Assembly (NCBI GenBank): GCA_963793425.1 | Contig: CAWCAG010000001.1 | Coordinates: 128,001 to 192,000, forward strand | DNA: 64,000 nt | Reading direction: 5' to 3' | Origin: an uncultured cyanobacterium | GTDB taxonomy: Bacteria > Cyanobacteriota > Cyanobacteriia > Cyanobacteriales > CAWCAG01 | In this document: one piece after another, positions 11,142-21,849 of the stretch | Layout of the letters: every line of letters starts with the position of its first letter | Position numbering within the stretch: position 1 is the stretch's first letter | Program-made: the position numbers and the translations under genes | The notes under the pieces: generated by a model | Told to the model about the DNA's origin: nothing | What the model saw: only the letters and a program-made list of their open reading frames with translations | The model's database searches: none

Positions 11142-11876
11142 TCAAGAGTCTTCTTGGGGATATCTTTCCCATAAACTCGTAGTTTGCCGTAAACTTTGGT
11201 GATTGCCGTTGCCTAAAATCAAATGATCTAACAAAGGGATGTTTAAATACTGCGCCCCTTTTAAAAGCTGCTCTGTTAAGCTGATATCTTCTTCACTTGG
11301 TTTAATATTTCCGGAAGGATGGTTATGAGCAATAATTAACCGGGTGGCCCCTTGGCGCAATACCTCTCGGAAAATTTCACGGGGGGGAGCCAATGTTTCT
11401 GTGGCTGTGCCAATGGTAATAACTTGAGTCCCTACCAAACAATTATTAACATCCAAAAGAATTACGGCAAACTTTTCTTGACTTTGCCACATTAGCTCAT
11501 GGCTTAAGCTTGCAGCAGCAGATTCAGGACTGTCTATGGTAGTTCGTTCTTTTGGTTGAGATTGAAAAGCTCGTTTGCCTAATTCCACTGCTGCTACGAT
11601 GGTAGTTGCCTTAGCGGGGCCAATGCCAGGAATTTGCATCAATTCTTGGAGGGTGACATTACGCAGAACTTCTAAAGGATCTCTTTGATGCTTACTCAAT
11701 TCCTGAAGGATGTATTGCCCCAAGCCCACAGCAGAAAGTTTCCCCGACCCCTGTCCTGTTCTCAACAACATAGCAATTAGTTCTGCTGTGGAGAGATTTT
11801 TCGCCCCTAAAGCAAGCAATCTTTCACGGGGACGTTCACTGGTGGGTATGTCAGCAATTCTTAAGCAGTAGGTCAT
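11142..11876 (-). CDS. radC: RadC family JAB-domain protein
   Basis: [16 protein letters not shown] HhH, AHNHPSG...SEED, LLDHLI. Confidence 0.95.
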   Translation of the reverse strand: MTYCLRIADIPTSERPRERLLALGAKNLSTAELIAMLLRTGQGSGKLSAVGLGQYILQELSKHQRDPLEVLRNVTLQELMQIPGIGPAKATTIVAAVELGKRAFQSQPKERTTIDSPESAAASLSHELMWQSQEKFAVILLDVNNCLVGTQVITIGTATETLAPPREIFREVLRQGATRLIIAHNHPSGNIKPSEEDISLTEQLLKGAQYLNIPLLDHLILGNGNHQSLRQTTSLWERYPQEDS

Positions 11877-11971
11877 CCTGAATGAGGTCAGAGGTTAAGG
11901 TATTTTACTAGTAAATAACTCAATTGATTATATAGTGAGAAAGTCACTCTTCAAGTCTTCTTATACATATT

Positions 11972-12898
11972 GTGCTTACTCTTTCTCAAAATCGCTTTTT
12001 TCCCTGTTTCGCTACCATTGCCTTAGCCTGTTGTGCCACACCAGTAATGGCACAGTCTCAAGATTTTGACAAAGTTCAAATTGAAACTATTCCGATCCGA
12101 GATGGTATTTATATGTTGACCGGAGAAGGTGGCAATATTGGTGTCTCGGCTGGGGAAGATGGAGTTTTCCTTATTGATGATCAATATGCACCTTTAACAG
12201 AGAAAATTCTTAATGCTGTGGCGGAAATTAGTTCTGAACCGGTGCGCTTTTTGATTAATACTCATTGGCATTTTGATCACTCTGGAGGCAATGAAAATTT
12301 AGGTGAAGCGGGGGTACTTATTTTCGCCCATGATCATGTCCGGGAACTGATGAGTACAGACCAGGTTAGCGAATTACTTGGGATGGAGTTTCCTGCCTCA
12401 CCGGAAGTTGCCTTGCCCGTAGTTACTTTCAACGATACAATTACTTTCCACCTTAATGGCGAGACAATTGAGGCTTTCCATGTCAACCCGGCACATACCA
12501 ATGGTGACTCAATTATCCATTTCCGAGAAGCCAATATTGTTCACACCGGAGATATTTATTTTAATGGCTTTTATCCTTTCATTGATATTGAACATGGCGG
12601 TTCCATTGATGGCATGATTGTAGCAGTGGAAGGGCTGCTAACTATGGTGGATAACCAGACTAGTATTATTCCCGGCCATGGCCCTCTTTCTAACCGAGGT
12701 GAATTAATTGCTTATCTTAATATGTTGAAAGCAGTACGAGATCGAGTTAGGTCTGCGATCGCTCAAAATATCCCTATGACAGATTTCATTGCTTCTCAAC
12801 CACTTGCTGATCTTGATTCTGATTGGGGAGGAGGTTTTCTTAACTCAGAAAAATTCTTGGAGATTGTTTATAGCGATTTAGCCAAACAATCCCCATAA
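11972..12898 (+). CDS. Secreted MBL-fold metallo-hydrolase (cyclase-like)
   Basis: NTHWHFDHSGGN, AHTNGD, HTGD, IPGHG; signal-peptide-like N-terminus. Confidence 0.88.
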   Translation: MLTLSQNRFFPCFATIALACCATPVMAQSQDFDKVQIETIPIRDGIYMLTGEGGNIGVSAGEDGVFLIDDQYAPLTEKILNAVAEISSEPVRFLINTHWHFDHSGGNENLGEAGVLIFAHDHVRELMSTDQVSELLGMEFPASPEVALPVVTFNDTITFHLNGETIEAFHVNPAHTNGDSIIHFREANIVHTGDIYFNGFYPFIDIEHGGSIDGMIVAVEGLLTMVDNQTSIIPGHGPLSNRGELIAYLNMLKAVRDRVRSAIAQNIPMTDFIASQPLADLDSDWGGGFLNSEKFLEIVYSDLAKQSP

Positions 12899-12916
12899 CT
12901 AGCAACTAGTAAATCC

Positions 12917-13225
12917 CTACAATTTACTCTGATATTCCTGCAATAATTCCATCAAACCACTTTGACATTGGTTTGGTAAAAGTTCAGTTAAAGGGAGTTC
13001 TTTTTTTCCGCCTCCTAACTGGATAGGAATATCTTGCAAAATTGCTGTTACCTTATCTTCAGTTAAAGAATCATCTTCCAGCAAAGGATAAACTTTCTCT
13101 GCCACCACCGTATGCAACTTGGCATTAGACAAATAGAGATGCCATTTTGCTATATCCATATAGATATTTTCGCCAATTTCCGCTGCTAGAGCTTCAATTG
13201 CTTCAGTCGTATTATAATTAGCCAT
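12917..13225 (-). CDS. DUF3181 family cyanobacterial protein
   Basis: IEALAAEIGENIYMDIAKWHLYL..AKLH, LGGGK..LPL. Confidence 0.8.
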   Translation of the reverse strand: MANYNTTEAIEALAAEIGENIYMDIAKWHLYLSNAKLHTVVAEKVYPLLEDDSLTEDKVTAILQDIPIQLGGGKKELPLTELLPNQCQSGLMELLQEYQSKL

Positions 13226-13469
13226 TTGATTTAACAGAATAGTTTGCTATACCAAAAATATAAATGCCATGAAAGAATATAACCATCAACCAAACCAGAG
13301 TTACCCATTTAGCCCAGGGCCAGGTTGCTTGTTTAAGTTGATGAAAAAACCACAAACCAGAATTGCAAGTAGCACTGAAAGCAACATGAATAGCAAAGTT
13401 CATCCGGTCATCTAAACGGCGATATTCTAAATCGTTGCGGTCAGGTTGGCGTGGCCAGCGAGGGGGCAT
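13218..13469 (-). CDS. 2TM-domain small membrane protein
   Basis: MPPRWPRQPDR...YRRLDDRMNFAIHVA; two TM helices; overlaps start of DUF3181 gene. Confidence 0.75.
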   Translation of the reverse strand: MPPRWPRQPDRNDLEYRRLDDRMNFAIHVAFSATCNSGLWFFHQLKQATWPWAKWVTLVWLMVIFFHGIYIFGIANYSVKSNG

Positions 13470-13571
13470 TTTTTCTCCTTCTCTATACTTTTTCCTTTTG
13501 TTTAAGATAGAACTTTGCCTAGACAAATAACAAGCAAGATACTTATTTTTGCCTCTGCTCCCTACTCCCCG

Positions 13572-14054
13572 CTAAAATGTATAATCAAGATTGCGAGGAT
13601 TAGCTTTTTGGGATAACATCATTTCTTTATATCTTTTAAGCTGTTCTTTTTCGATGTTCTCTATTCTAACTAAATAGCTTTTGAGTCGGGCGTACTGCCA
13701 GCCTGTTTTGACCCCTAAAGCGAAAGCTTCTTTTTTTTCGTTGCTGAATAACGAAGATAGCAAAGAAGGAGTGAGGTTAGTGCTTTTTTTAATCGTTCTG
13801 CGGTTACTTTTTCCTTCAAAATAACCTTGCCAAAATTTTTGCTGTAATTCTTCTGAAGAAAATTGTTGATATTGCTGAAGAATACTTTGTAAGTCCTGTA
13901 AATCTTGCTTCCTGGTTCCCGCCAAAGAATCATTGGGTTTATACTTGTGCCATGTATCCACCAGTTTTCTGACTGCAATTTGGAACTTTGGTATTAACTT
14001 GCTAGGGGGCAACTCGGAAGAGATTTTGGCATCTATTAGTTGTAAGTCTTTCAT
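13572..14054 (-). CDS. Hypothetical protein
   Basis: 160-aa ATG-started ORF; no recognised motif. Confidence 0.5.
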   Translation of the reverse strand: MKDLQLIDAKISSELPPSKLIPKFQIAVRKLVDTWHKYKPNDSLAGTRKQDLQDLQSILQQYQQFSSEELQQKFWQGYFEGKSNRRTIKKSTNLTPSLLSSLFSNEKKEAFALGVKTGWQYARLKSYLVRIENIEKEQLKRYKEMMLSQKANPRNLDYTF

Positions 14055-14339
14055 AGAGTTTTTGAGGTAGATGGCTCAGCCTGATGAATACTTGCAAATG
14101 TAGATTGAGTAACGTCTTTAAGGCGGTTTTTACCTTAGTTAAGGACGTAAGAATGGGAGATTGGTTGAGTGAGTAATTTTAAGGTAGAGTTTCTCAGATG
14201 GAGGAAAATAAACGATTATGAGCGATCGCAGTTTTTCTCTACTGGTTAGTGCCTCAGATATTTCTCACTTCTATCTTAAGGCAGATGAAATAAATTCTAA
14301 CATTAAAAATATTTGAGTTGCCACAAGTAAAAGCAGTTA

Positions 14340-15335
14340 ATGAATAATAACTTAACCTTATTTGATGTTGCAGTGGTTGGTGCTGGGTTGGCAGGGCTGA
14401 GTTGTGCCAAGGAACTTTCTCAACTCGGCTGTCGAGTTGTCGTGTTAGACAAATCTCGCGGTTTGGGAGGAAGAGTCGCGACACGGCGTATCAACAATTT
14501 ACCAATCGATCACGGCTTACCTTACTTACAGCCCCAAGGTAAGTTATCTCAGCAGCTTATTCAACGTCTGAATGAAGAAAATCTTATTCAACCTTGGCAT
14601 AGCCAAATTCCTGATACTTACATTGCCCCCCAAGGTATGACAGCGATCGCTAAATTTATGGCGAGGGATTTAGAAGTTTGGCGGCAAAGTCGGGTTGAAA
14701 AAATTGAACCCATTGAAGGGCAAGTTTGGCATTTAAGCTTAGATTCTCAAAAGGGTTTAACTGCTAAAGCTGTTGTTATGGCGATACCTGCCCCCCAAGC
14801 CTTAACTTTATTGGAACCCCTAACTCCCAAAGGTTTAAATGCTGATTTGATAGCCAAGTTGCATCAAGTTAAGTTCGATCCTTGCTTAAGTGTCATGGCT
14901 GGCTACAAAGCTACTATAGTTTTACCAAAGCAATTAAGCAAACAACCTTTTATCTCTATAGAAGAAGATTCTTACTTAGCTTGGCTTGGTTTAGATAGTA
15001 GCAAAAGAACTCAATCTCAAGCCGCCGTTTTAGTTATTCGCAGTACAGCAGAATTTGCTCAAAAGCACTTAGAAACCACTAATTTAGCACCTGCTGCACA
15101 ACAGTTAATCTCTCGCGCTGGGGAACTTTTTACCCCTGAATTAAAAGAGCCTCAATGGTATCAAATTCATCGCTGGCGTTTTAGTATTCCTCATAACTTT
15201 ATTAATGAACTTTATCTAGCTACTCATCAACCTTTGCCCCTAATTTGTTGTGGAGATTGGTGTGGAGGCAATTCAATCGAATCTGCTTTAGCATCAGGTT
15301 TAGTGGCGGCAACTCAAATCTCTAACTTGAACTAA
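14340..15335 (+). CDS. Renalase-like NAD(P)/FAD-dependent oxidoreductase
   Basis: VVGAGLAGL, DKSRGLGGRVATRR, DHG, HRWRFS, CGDW...IESALASG. Confidence 0.9.
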   Translation: MNNNLTLFDVAVVGAGLAGLSCAKELSQLGCRVVVLDKSRGLGGRVATRRINNLPIDHGLPYLQPQGKLSQQLIQRLNEENLIQPWHSQIPDTYIAPQGMTAIAKFMARDLEVWRQSRVEKIEPIEGQVWHLSLDSQKGLTAKAVVMAIPAPQALTLLEPLTPKGLNADLIAKLHQVKFDPCLSVMAGYKATIVLPKQLSKQPFISIEEDSYLAWLGLDSSKRTQSQAAVLVIRSTAEFAQKHLETTNLAPAAQQLISRAGELFTPELKEPQWYQIHRWRFSIPHNFINELYLATHQPLPLICCGDWCGGNSIESALASGLVAATQISNLN

Positions 15336-15347
15336 AATTATGGTTCC

Positions 15348-15584
15348 ATGGAAACTCTTTTAAACTATTTTTGGCTAATCGCGATCGTGGTTAATGGTAT
15401 TAATGCCGTTATTTTTTGGTTAAGGGCGCAACCTTATATCAACAAAAAACCCAATCTGCGATAAGGTTATACCACGCTAATTCGGGGTTTCTTTATAGGA
15501 ATGAGTATACCTTGGGTTGTCATGGGGATTGGCACAACAATAGGGGGAGTTTCTGACCTTGCGGATTTCTTTTTAGTAGCTTAG
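15348..15584 (+). pseudogene. Small membrane-protein remnant with internal stop
   Basis: METLLNYFWLIAIVVNGINAVIFWLRAQPYINKKPNLR*GYTTLIRGFFIGMSIPWVVMGIG...; in-frame TAA at 15462-15464. Confidence 0.55.
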
Positions 15585-15681
15585 TTAGCAGTTTGATTAT
15601 ATTTTCTCTAGAACCCCGTTAAAAGAGTTGAAGCTAGTATATAAAGTTAAAGACACTCATTATAATGCTTAGAGGAAAACT

Positions 15682-16982
15682 GTGACCTTATCGCGACGTA
15701 GATTTTTTGCTATTGCTGGGGCTACTACAGCAACTTGCGTGGTGGCATCTCCTTTAAAAGCTCTTTATGCTAGAACAAAAAGCGGTGATTCTGTTGTTAC
15801 CGAAGGCTTTGGGCTATTGCAAAAAGACCCTCAGAAAATTTTAAACTTGCCCCCAGGTTTTCAGTATCGTATTCTCTCCAAAACAGGAGAGCAAATGAGT
15901 GATGGCCATACTGTACCTGAAGATCCTGATGGTATGGCAGCATTTCCTGGGCAAAACGGTACAACAATCTTAGTTCGTAACCACGAAGTCAGCCCAGGGC
16001 AGCTAAAAGGAGTAAGGGCCAGCGCAACCCAAAAATATGATCCTTGGGGCAGGGGGGGACTACAACCTTAGTTTTAAATAGCGATCGCCAGGTAATTAAA
16101 CAATTTGCTTCCTTGGCTGGTACTAGCCGTAATTGTGCTGGTGGCACAACTCCTTGGGGTTCTTGGATCAGTTGTGAGGAAGATATTTCTACTCCAGCCA
16201 CCACCAAGAATAAACCAGCTAAAGTAGCCTTGAAGCATGGTTATAATTTTGAAGTACCTGCAACTCAACAACAGTTGGTAGCACCGACTCCTTTAATAGC
16301 AATGGGGCGCTTTAATCATGAAGCGATCGCAGTAGATCCTGCAACTAGTTACGTTTATCAAACTGAAGATAGAGATGATAGCTGCTTCTATCGCTTTCGC
16401 CCCCAAGAAAAAGGCAATTTGCAAGCTGGGGGAGTTTTAGAGGCTTTGGTGATTGAAGGAATGCCCAAGATTGATACTAGTACTAATTTTCCTGTAGATG
16501 TAGCTAAAGCAGTGGCATGGGTCAAAATTGCTGATGTAGATCCTCAACAAGATACTCTGCGTTACGAAGCACAAAGCAAGGGTGCAGCTATCTTTAAGCG
16601 CGGTGAAGGCATCTGTTATAGTGACGGTGCAATCTATTTTACCTGTACCAGTGGGGGCAATGCCGGAAGAGGGCAAGTTTTCCGTTATACTCCTCAAACA
16701 GAACAAATTGAGTTATTTGTAGAATCTCCTGGGGGTGAAGTCCTCGACTACCCTGATAACTTAGTTATGTCTCCTTTTGGAGATTTAATTGTTTGTGAAG
16801 ATGGTTACAGAGAACAGTTTTTAGTCGGAATTACTCCTCAAGGACAATGCTATAAGTTTGCTAGCAATGCCGTTAATTTTAGCGAATTTGCAGGAGTTTG
16901 TTTTGCTCCTGATGGAAAAACCATGTTTGTTAATATTCAAAAACCTGGTATTACTTTAGCTGTTTGGGGGGCTTGGAGTTGA
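15682..16982 (+). pseudogene. phoX: Tat-exported alkaline phosphatase PhoX (DUF839), split by a 1-nt frameshift near 16045-16058
   Basis: Tat motif SRRRFF, PDGMAAF, VRNHE in first ORF; NCAGG.TPWGSWISCEE, MGRFNHEA, PDNL, EFAG.CF, NIQ.PG in second ORF. Confidence 0.85.
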
Positions 16983-17039
16983 GGTTGTTTGATTAACCCT
17001 CTTTTCCGGAGATGATTAATTGTTAGAGTTGTGACAGGT

Positions 17040-17074
17040 AAACCATTAGCTTATAAGCATAGCTAATGGTTTTT
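17040..17074. terminator. Hairpin with T-tail after phoX; contains a T-N11-A LysR-type motif upstream of flv4
   Basis: AAACCATTAGCT-tataagcat-AGCTAATGGTTTTT. Confidence 0.5.
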
Positions 17075-17146
17075 CTATGAAATATATATTTTACAAATCA
17101 ATACTTCCACGTCAAAATAAGAGAAGCACTTGACGAGGAGTAACTT

Positions 17147-18877
17147 ATGGTCACACTAACAGATAATAATCAAGGGACTAAATCTACTGCTAGACTAACT
17201 CTACAAAATGTCGAGATTGCCTCAGAGACGACGGCAATCCGTTGCCTTGATTGGGATCGTGACCGTTTTGATATTGAATTTGGCTTACAAAACGGAACAA
17301 CTTATAATTCTTTCATCATTCAGGGCGAAAAACTAGCCTTAGTTGATACTTCTCATGGTAAGTTTCGTCAGCTTTATCTGGAGTTGTTAACCGGTTTAAT
17401 CGCTCCCTCTCAACTAGATTATCTAATTATTAGTCATACCGAACCGGATCACAGTGGTTTAGTTACAGATATTTTGGCATTAGCCCCGGAAGTTACAGTA
17501 GTTGGGGCGAAGGTAGCGATTCAGTTTTTAGAAAACATGGTGCATCAACCCTTCAAGCATCAGATTGTCAAAAATGGCAATACTTTAGATTTGGGGAACG
17601 GACATTTATTAGAATTTGTCTCTGCTCCTAATTTACACTGGCCAGATACAATTTTCACCTACGATCACAAAACTCAAGTTCTTTATACTTGCGATGCCTT
17701 TGGAATGCACTATTGTGATGAACCTACTTTTGATGAGAACATAGAACTTATTGAAGCAGATTTTGAATATTACTACGATTGTTTAATGAAACCCAATGCC
17801 CGCTCCGTTTTAGGGGCAATTAAGCGGATGGGAAAACTAGAGTTGGGGACAATTGCCACAGGACATGGCCCTTTGCTACAATACCATCTTACGGAGCTAG
17901 TTGATCGCTATCAGCAATGGAGTAAGGCGCAGGCTAAAACTGATACTTTGGTTGCCCTGTTTTATTCTGAAGACTATGGTTATAGTGACAGTCTCGCCAG
18001 AATGATCGCCCACGGCATTACAAAAACGGGAGTAGGGGTAGAGTTAGTTGAGTGGAATGACACTGAACCCCAAGAAGTGAGGGAATTAGTTTCTCAAGCA
18101 GCAGGCTTAGTGATTGGGATGCCACCCCAAGCAAATCGCGAAGCTAATGCTATTCTCAGTACTATTATGGCAGCCGCCCATGGTAAGCAAGCAGTGGGCT
18201 TGTTTGAATCTGGTGGGGGTGAAGATGAACCAGTTTATCCTTTACGTAACCAGTTTCAAGAAATTGGCTTAACCGAAGCCTTTCCACCAATCTTAGTTAA
18301 AGAAGCCCCTAATCAAATTATTAATCAAATCTGTGATGAAGCTGGTACAGATTTAGGACAATGGTTAACCCGCGATCGCAGTCTTAAAGAAATCAAAGCT
18401 ATTGATAGTGACCTGCAAAAAGCTTTGGGCAGAGTTAGCAGCGGCTTGTATATTATCACCGCCAAGAAAGGGGAAATCTCTAGTGCAATGGTTGCTTCTT
18501 GGGTAACTCAAGCTAGTTTAAACCCCTTGGGCATTGCCATTGCAGTTGCTAAAGATCGGGCCATTGAATCTTTCTTGCATTTAGGGGATCGCTTTGTTTT
18601 AAATGTCTTAGCAGAAGAGAATTATCAAAACCTGATTAAACATTTTCTCAAACGCTTTCCCCCTGGTGCAGATCGCTTTGCAGGAATCAAAACAGTACCC
18701 GCCAATAATGGTTCACCAATTCTGGCTGAGTCTTTAGCTTACATCGAATGCCAAGTTAGCAGTCGCATAGAGTGTAGCGATCACTGGATTGTTTATAGCA
18801 TAGTGGAAGCAGGCAGAGTTGCCAAGCTTGATGTACTTACGGCTGTTCACCATCGCAAGGTTGGTAATCATTATTAG
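17147..18877 (+). CDS. flv4: Flavodiiron protein Flv4-type
   Basis: LDWDRDRFDIEFGLQNGTTYNSF, canonical SHTEPDH, PNLHWPDT; flavodoxin and flavin reductase domains; first gene of the three-gene operon. Confidence 0.85.
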   Translation: MVTLTDNNQGTKSTARLTLQNVEIASETTAIRCLDWDRDRFDIEFGLQNGTTYNSFIIQGEKLALVDTSHGKFRQLYLELLTGLIAPSQLDYLIISHTEPDHSGLVTDILALAPEVTVVGAKVAIQFLENMVHQPFKHQIVKNGNTLDLGNGHLLEFVSAPNLHWPDTIFTYDHKTQVLYTCDAFGMHYCDEPTFDENIELIEADFEYYYDCLMKPNARSVLGAIKRMGKLELGTIATGHGPLLQYHLTELVDRYQQWSKAQAKTDTLVALFYSEDYGYSDSLARMIAHGITKTGVGVELVEWNDTEPQEVRELVSQAAGLVIGMPPQANREANAILSTIMAAAHGKQAVGLFESGGGEDEPVYPLRNQFQEIGLTEAFPPILVKEAPNQIINQICDEAGTDLGQWLTRDRSLKEIKAIDSDLQKALGRVSSGLYIITAKKGEISSAMVASWVTQASLNPLGIAIAVAKDRAIESFLHLGDRFVLNVLAEENYQNLIKHFLKRFPPGADRFAGIKTVPANNGSPILAESLAYIECQVSSRIECSDHWIVYSIVEAGRVAKLDVLTAVHHRKVGNHY

Positions 18878-18977
18878 TGGGGGCTAGGGAGATGGGGAGC
18901 TGGAAAAAGACCTATTAGCCATTAGCAATTACCAGTGTATCTCCGACACAACTAAGCAAATTAATGAAATAAACACC

Positions 18978-19505
18978 ATGTATGAACCTGTGAACAATTC
19001 TTCGACTCCTTGGTACAAAGTACTAAACAGTGGAGGAGTAATTAAAACTTTGGAATTCATCCAAGACTTAATTATTATCTCTCTTTGTATCGGTTTATTT
19101 AGCTTCATGGTAATTCAGTTACGAGAGATGTTTGTCTCTTTGCTACCACCTTTGAACTTTACAGGAGTCACCTCAGATATTCTGTTTTTGTTGATTTTGG
19201 TTGAACTGTTTCGCTTGTTGATTATTTACTTGCAAGAACATCGAGTTTCTATTGGTGTTGCTGTTGAAGTTTCTATCGTTTCAATTTTGCGAGAAGTTAT
19301 TGTTAAAGGTATTTTAGAAACTCCTTGGAGTCAAGTATTGGCAACTTGTTCTTTTTTATTAGCTTTAGCAGTCTTATTAGTGGTCAGGGTTTGGCTACCT
19401 CCTACCTTTGAAGGCATTGACCCCGAACAAATAATATCTGAGCGATACAAACAAAAAATATCCCAAGAGACTAACAATCATTCTCCCCAAAAAATAAAAT
19501 CTTAA
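18978..19505 (+). CDS. Sll0218-like PsiE-family membrane protein
   Basis: DILFLLILVELFRLLIIYL, VEVSIVSILREVI; located between two flv genes. Confidence 0.85.
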   Translation: MYEPVNNSSTPWYKVLNSGGVIKTLEFIQDLIIISLCIGLFSFMVIQLREMFVSLLPPLNFTGVTSDILFLLILVELFRLLIIYLQEHRVSIGVAVEVSIVSILREVIVKGILETPWSQVLATCSFLLALAVLLVVRVWLPPTFEGIDPEQIISERYKQKISQETNNHSPQKIKS

Positions 19506-19538
19506 TCACAGCTAGAAAACGTTTCGAGGATAAAAATT

Positions 19539-21278
19539 ATGGTACAGGGAAACATAAAAGCAACATCAGTTAAAGCAAGAGATGTTCAAGTAGAAACCAT
19601 CAGTAGCAACACTAAAATATTACGTTCACGTACTTGGGAGAGATTAAAATTTGAGGTAGAATATTCTCGTCAAAAAGGGACAACTTCTAACTCCTATCTC
19701 ATTGAAGCAGATAAAATTGCCTTAATTGATCCGCCGGGAAAATCTTTTACTCAAACCTACTTAGAGACTTTAGAACAACATCTTAATTGGAAAAAACTAG
19801 ATTACATCATCTTACAGCACGTCAATCCTAATCGCTTAGCAACAGTACAAATCCTGATTGAAAAAGCACCCCAAGCGCAAATAATTTGTGCTAAGCCAGC
19901 AGTTAAAGCCCTTCAAGCTACTTTGGCTTTTCCTGAAGAGGAATTACTAATTAAAATAGTTAGAGATAATGATACTTTAGATTTAGGACAAGGACATTTA
20001 CTACAATTTATTAGTGTTCCTACTCCCCGTTGGGTAGATGGATTGTGTACCTACAATCCTCAAACTAAAACCCTTTACAGCGACAAATTTTTTGGAGCGC
20101 ATTTGTGTGAAGAAGCTATTTTTGATGATAATTGGAAAAAATTAAATCAAGACCGCCGTTTCTACTTTGATTGTATCTACGCCACCCAAACTAAACAGTT
20201 AGAAACTGCCTTAGCTAAGTTTGCACCTTTTACTAGCAAAATCTATGCCCCTGCCCACGGCCCTTTAGTTAAGTATAGCCTCAGTCGCTTTAGCTATGAT
20301 TATGCCTCCTGGTGTCAACAACAAACCAACCAAGAATTTAAAGTAGTTCTCCTTTATGCCTCTGCCTACGGTAACACTGCAACCCTTGCTGGGGCAATCA
20401 CTCAAGGGTTAGTACAATCTGGGGTTGCAGTAGAATCAATCAACTGCGAACTTGCTTCTACTGAAGAAATTACCCAAACAATTGAAACTTGCGACGGTTT
20501 TATCATTGGTTCCCCTACATTAGCAGGTCATGCACCCACTCAAATTCAAACTGCATTAGGCATTGTGTTAGCCACAGCAGCTAAAACTAAATTAGCAGGG
20601 GTGTTTGGCTCCTATGGTTGGAGTGGTGAAGCTATTGATATGTTAGAAAATAAATTAAAAGATGCTAATTACAGCTTCGGGTTTGAACCCATCCGAGTCC
20701 GCTTTAATCCTACTGCAACTACTTTAGAAGAATGTGAACAAGCCGGGAAAGAATTTAGCCAAAAACTGAAAAAAGCTAAGAAACTCCGTACTCCTCGCCA
20801 AGGAATCACAGAAACACAGATTGATCGTACCGAACAAGCAGTAGGTAGAATTGTTGGTTCTCTATGTGTTTTAACTACCTGTAATAATAATCAGCATAAT
20901 GGTATCCTAACTTCTTGGGTATCGCAAGCAACCTTCAACCCTCCTGGTATTATGATTGCGATTGCGAAAGAACAGAAAGTAGATTTAGTTAGCAATCCAG
21001 GAGATAAGTTTGTGCTGAATATCCTCAATGAAGACAGAGATGTAAGAAGAAACTTTACCCATCAAAGTAGCAATACCTTAGACAAAGTAACTACCAGAGC
21101 GGCTAGTAACGGTTGTTTGATTATTGAAGAAGCTTTAGCTTATTTAGAATGTAGTGTGCAGAGTTATCTTGAAGTTAGCGATCACTTTTTAATCTTTGCT
21201 GGAGTAGAGAAGGGCGAAGTCTTAGTAAGCGATGGCGTTACTGCCATTCAACATCGTAAGTCTGGCAGTCATTATTGA
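19539..21278 (+). CDS. flv2: Flavodiiron protein Flv2-type
   Basis: RSRTWERLKFEVEY..GTTSNSY, non-canonical HVNPNR, PTPRW, YASAYGNT, HRKSGSHY. Confidence 0.85.
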   Translation: MVQGNIKATSVKARDVQVETISSNTKILRSRTWERLKFEVEYSRQKGTTSNSYLIEADKIALIDPPGKSFTQTYLETLEQHLNWKKLDYIILQHVNPNRLATVQILIEKAPQAQIICAKPAVKALQATLAFPEEELLIKIVRDNDTLDLGQGHLLQFISVPTPRWVDGLCTYNPQTKTLYSDKFFGAHLCEEAIFDDNWKKLNQDRRFYFDCIYATQTKQLETALAKFAPFTSKIYAPAHGPLVKYSLSRFSYDYASWCQQQTNQEFKVVLLYASAYGNTATLAGAITQGLVQSGVAVESINCELASTEEITQTIETCDGFIIGSPTLAGHAPTQIQTALGIVLATAAKTKLAGVFGSYGWSGEAIDMLENKLKDANYSFGFEPIRVRFNPTATTLEECEQAGKEFSQKLKKAKKLRTPRQGITETQIDRTEQAVGRIVGSLCVLTTCNNNQHNGILTSWVSQATFNPPGIMIAIAKEQKVDLVSNPGDKFVLNILNEDRDVRRNFTHQSSNTLDKVTTRAASNGCLIIEEALAYLECSVQSYLEVSDHFLIFAGVEKGEVLVSDGVTAIQHRKSGSHY

Positions 21279-21444
21279 TAATCAGTCCTGTTGAGTTGTA
21301 TGACTTATTTTTTAGGGTAGGGAGCAGGGTTGGCGTTAGCCTTGCCGTAGGCTACAGGGAGTAGGGAGCAGGATTTGGTATGATATCAAAAGATAAATTT
21401 CTCAACAAAGGTGACTTTGTTGAGAATATCACCAAAAGTTTTCC

Positions 21445-21765
21445 TTAAATATGCTTTTCGAGAGCTTCGCTAAAAGTTTCGTAAGGGGCGACACCAACCA
21501 AATTTTCTACTAACTCGCCACCTTTAAACATTAGTACTGCCGGAATACTTTTAACCCCATACTTAGTCGCACTAGCTTTGTGTTCATCAATATTTAATTT
21601 TGTCACATTAGCCCTGCCTTCATATTCTCCGGCCAATTGATCAATTAAAGGCCCAACTCTGCGACAAGGGCCACACCAAGGGGCTGTACAATCTACTACT
21701 AAGGGAATTTCAGAAGTTAGAAATTCGTTTAATTGGTTATCTGTTATGTGTTCAGCTTCAGCCAT
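21445..21765 (-). CDS. Thioredoxin
   Basis: WCGPC active site, SIP cis-Pro motif. Confidence 0.95.
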   Translation of the reverse strand: MAEAEHITDNQLNEFLTSEIPLVVDCTAPWCGPCRRVGPLIDQLAGEYEGRANVTKLNIDEHKASATKYGVKSIPAVLMFKGGELVENLVGVAPYETFSEALEKHI

Positions 21766-21849
21766 GAAAATAAAATAATAGTGGTTTGTTAACAGCTTAA
21801 GGCTTAAAGTTAACTTGGGTCAAAAAACCTTTACATACAAGACTTACTG

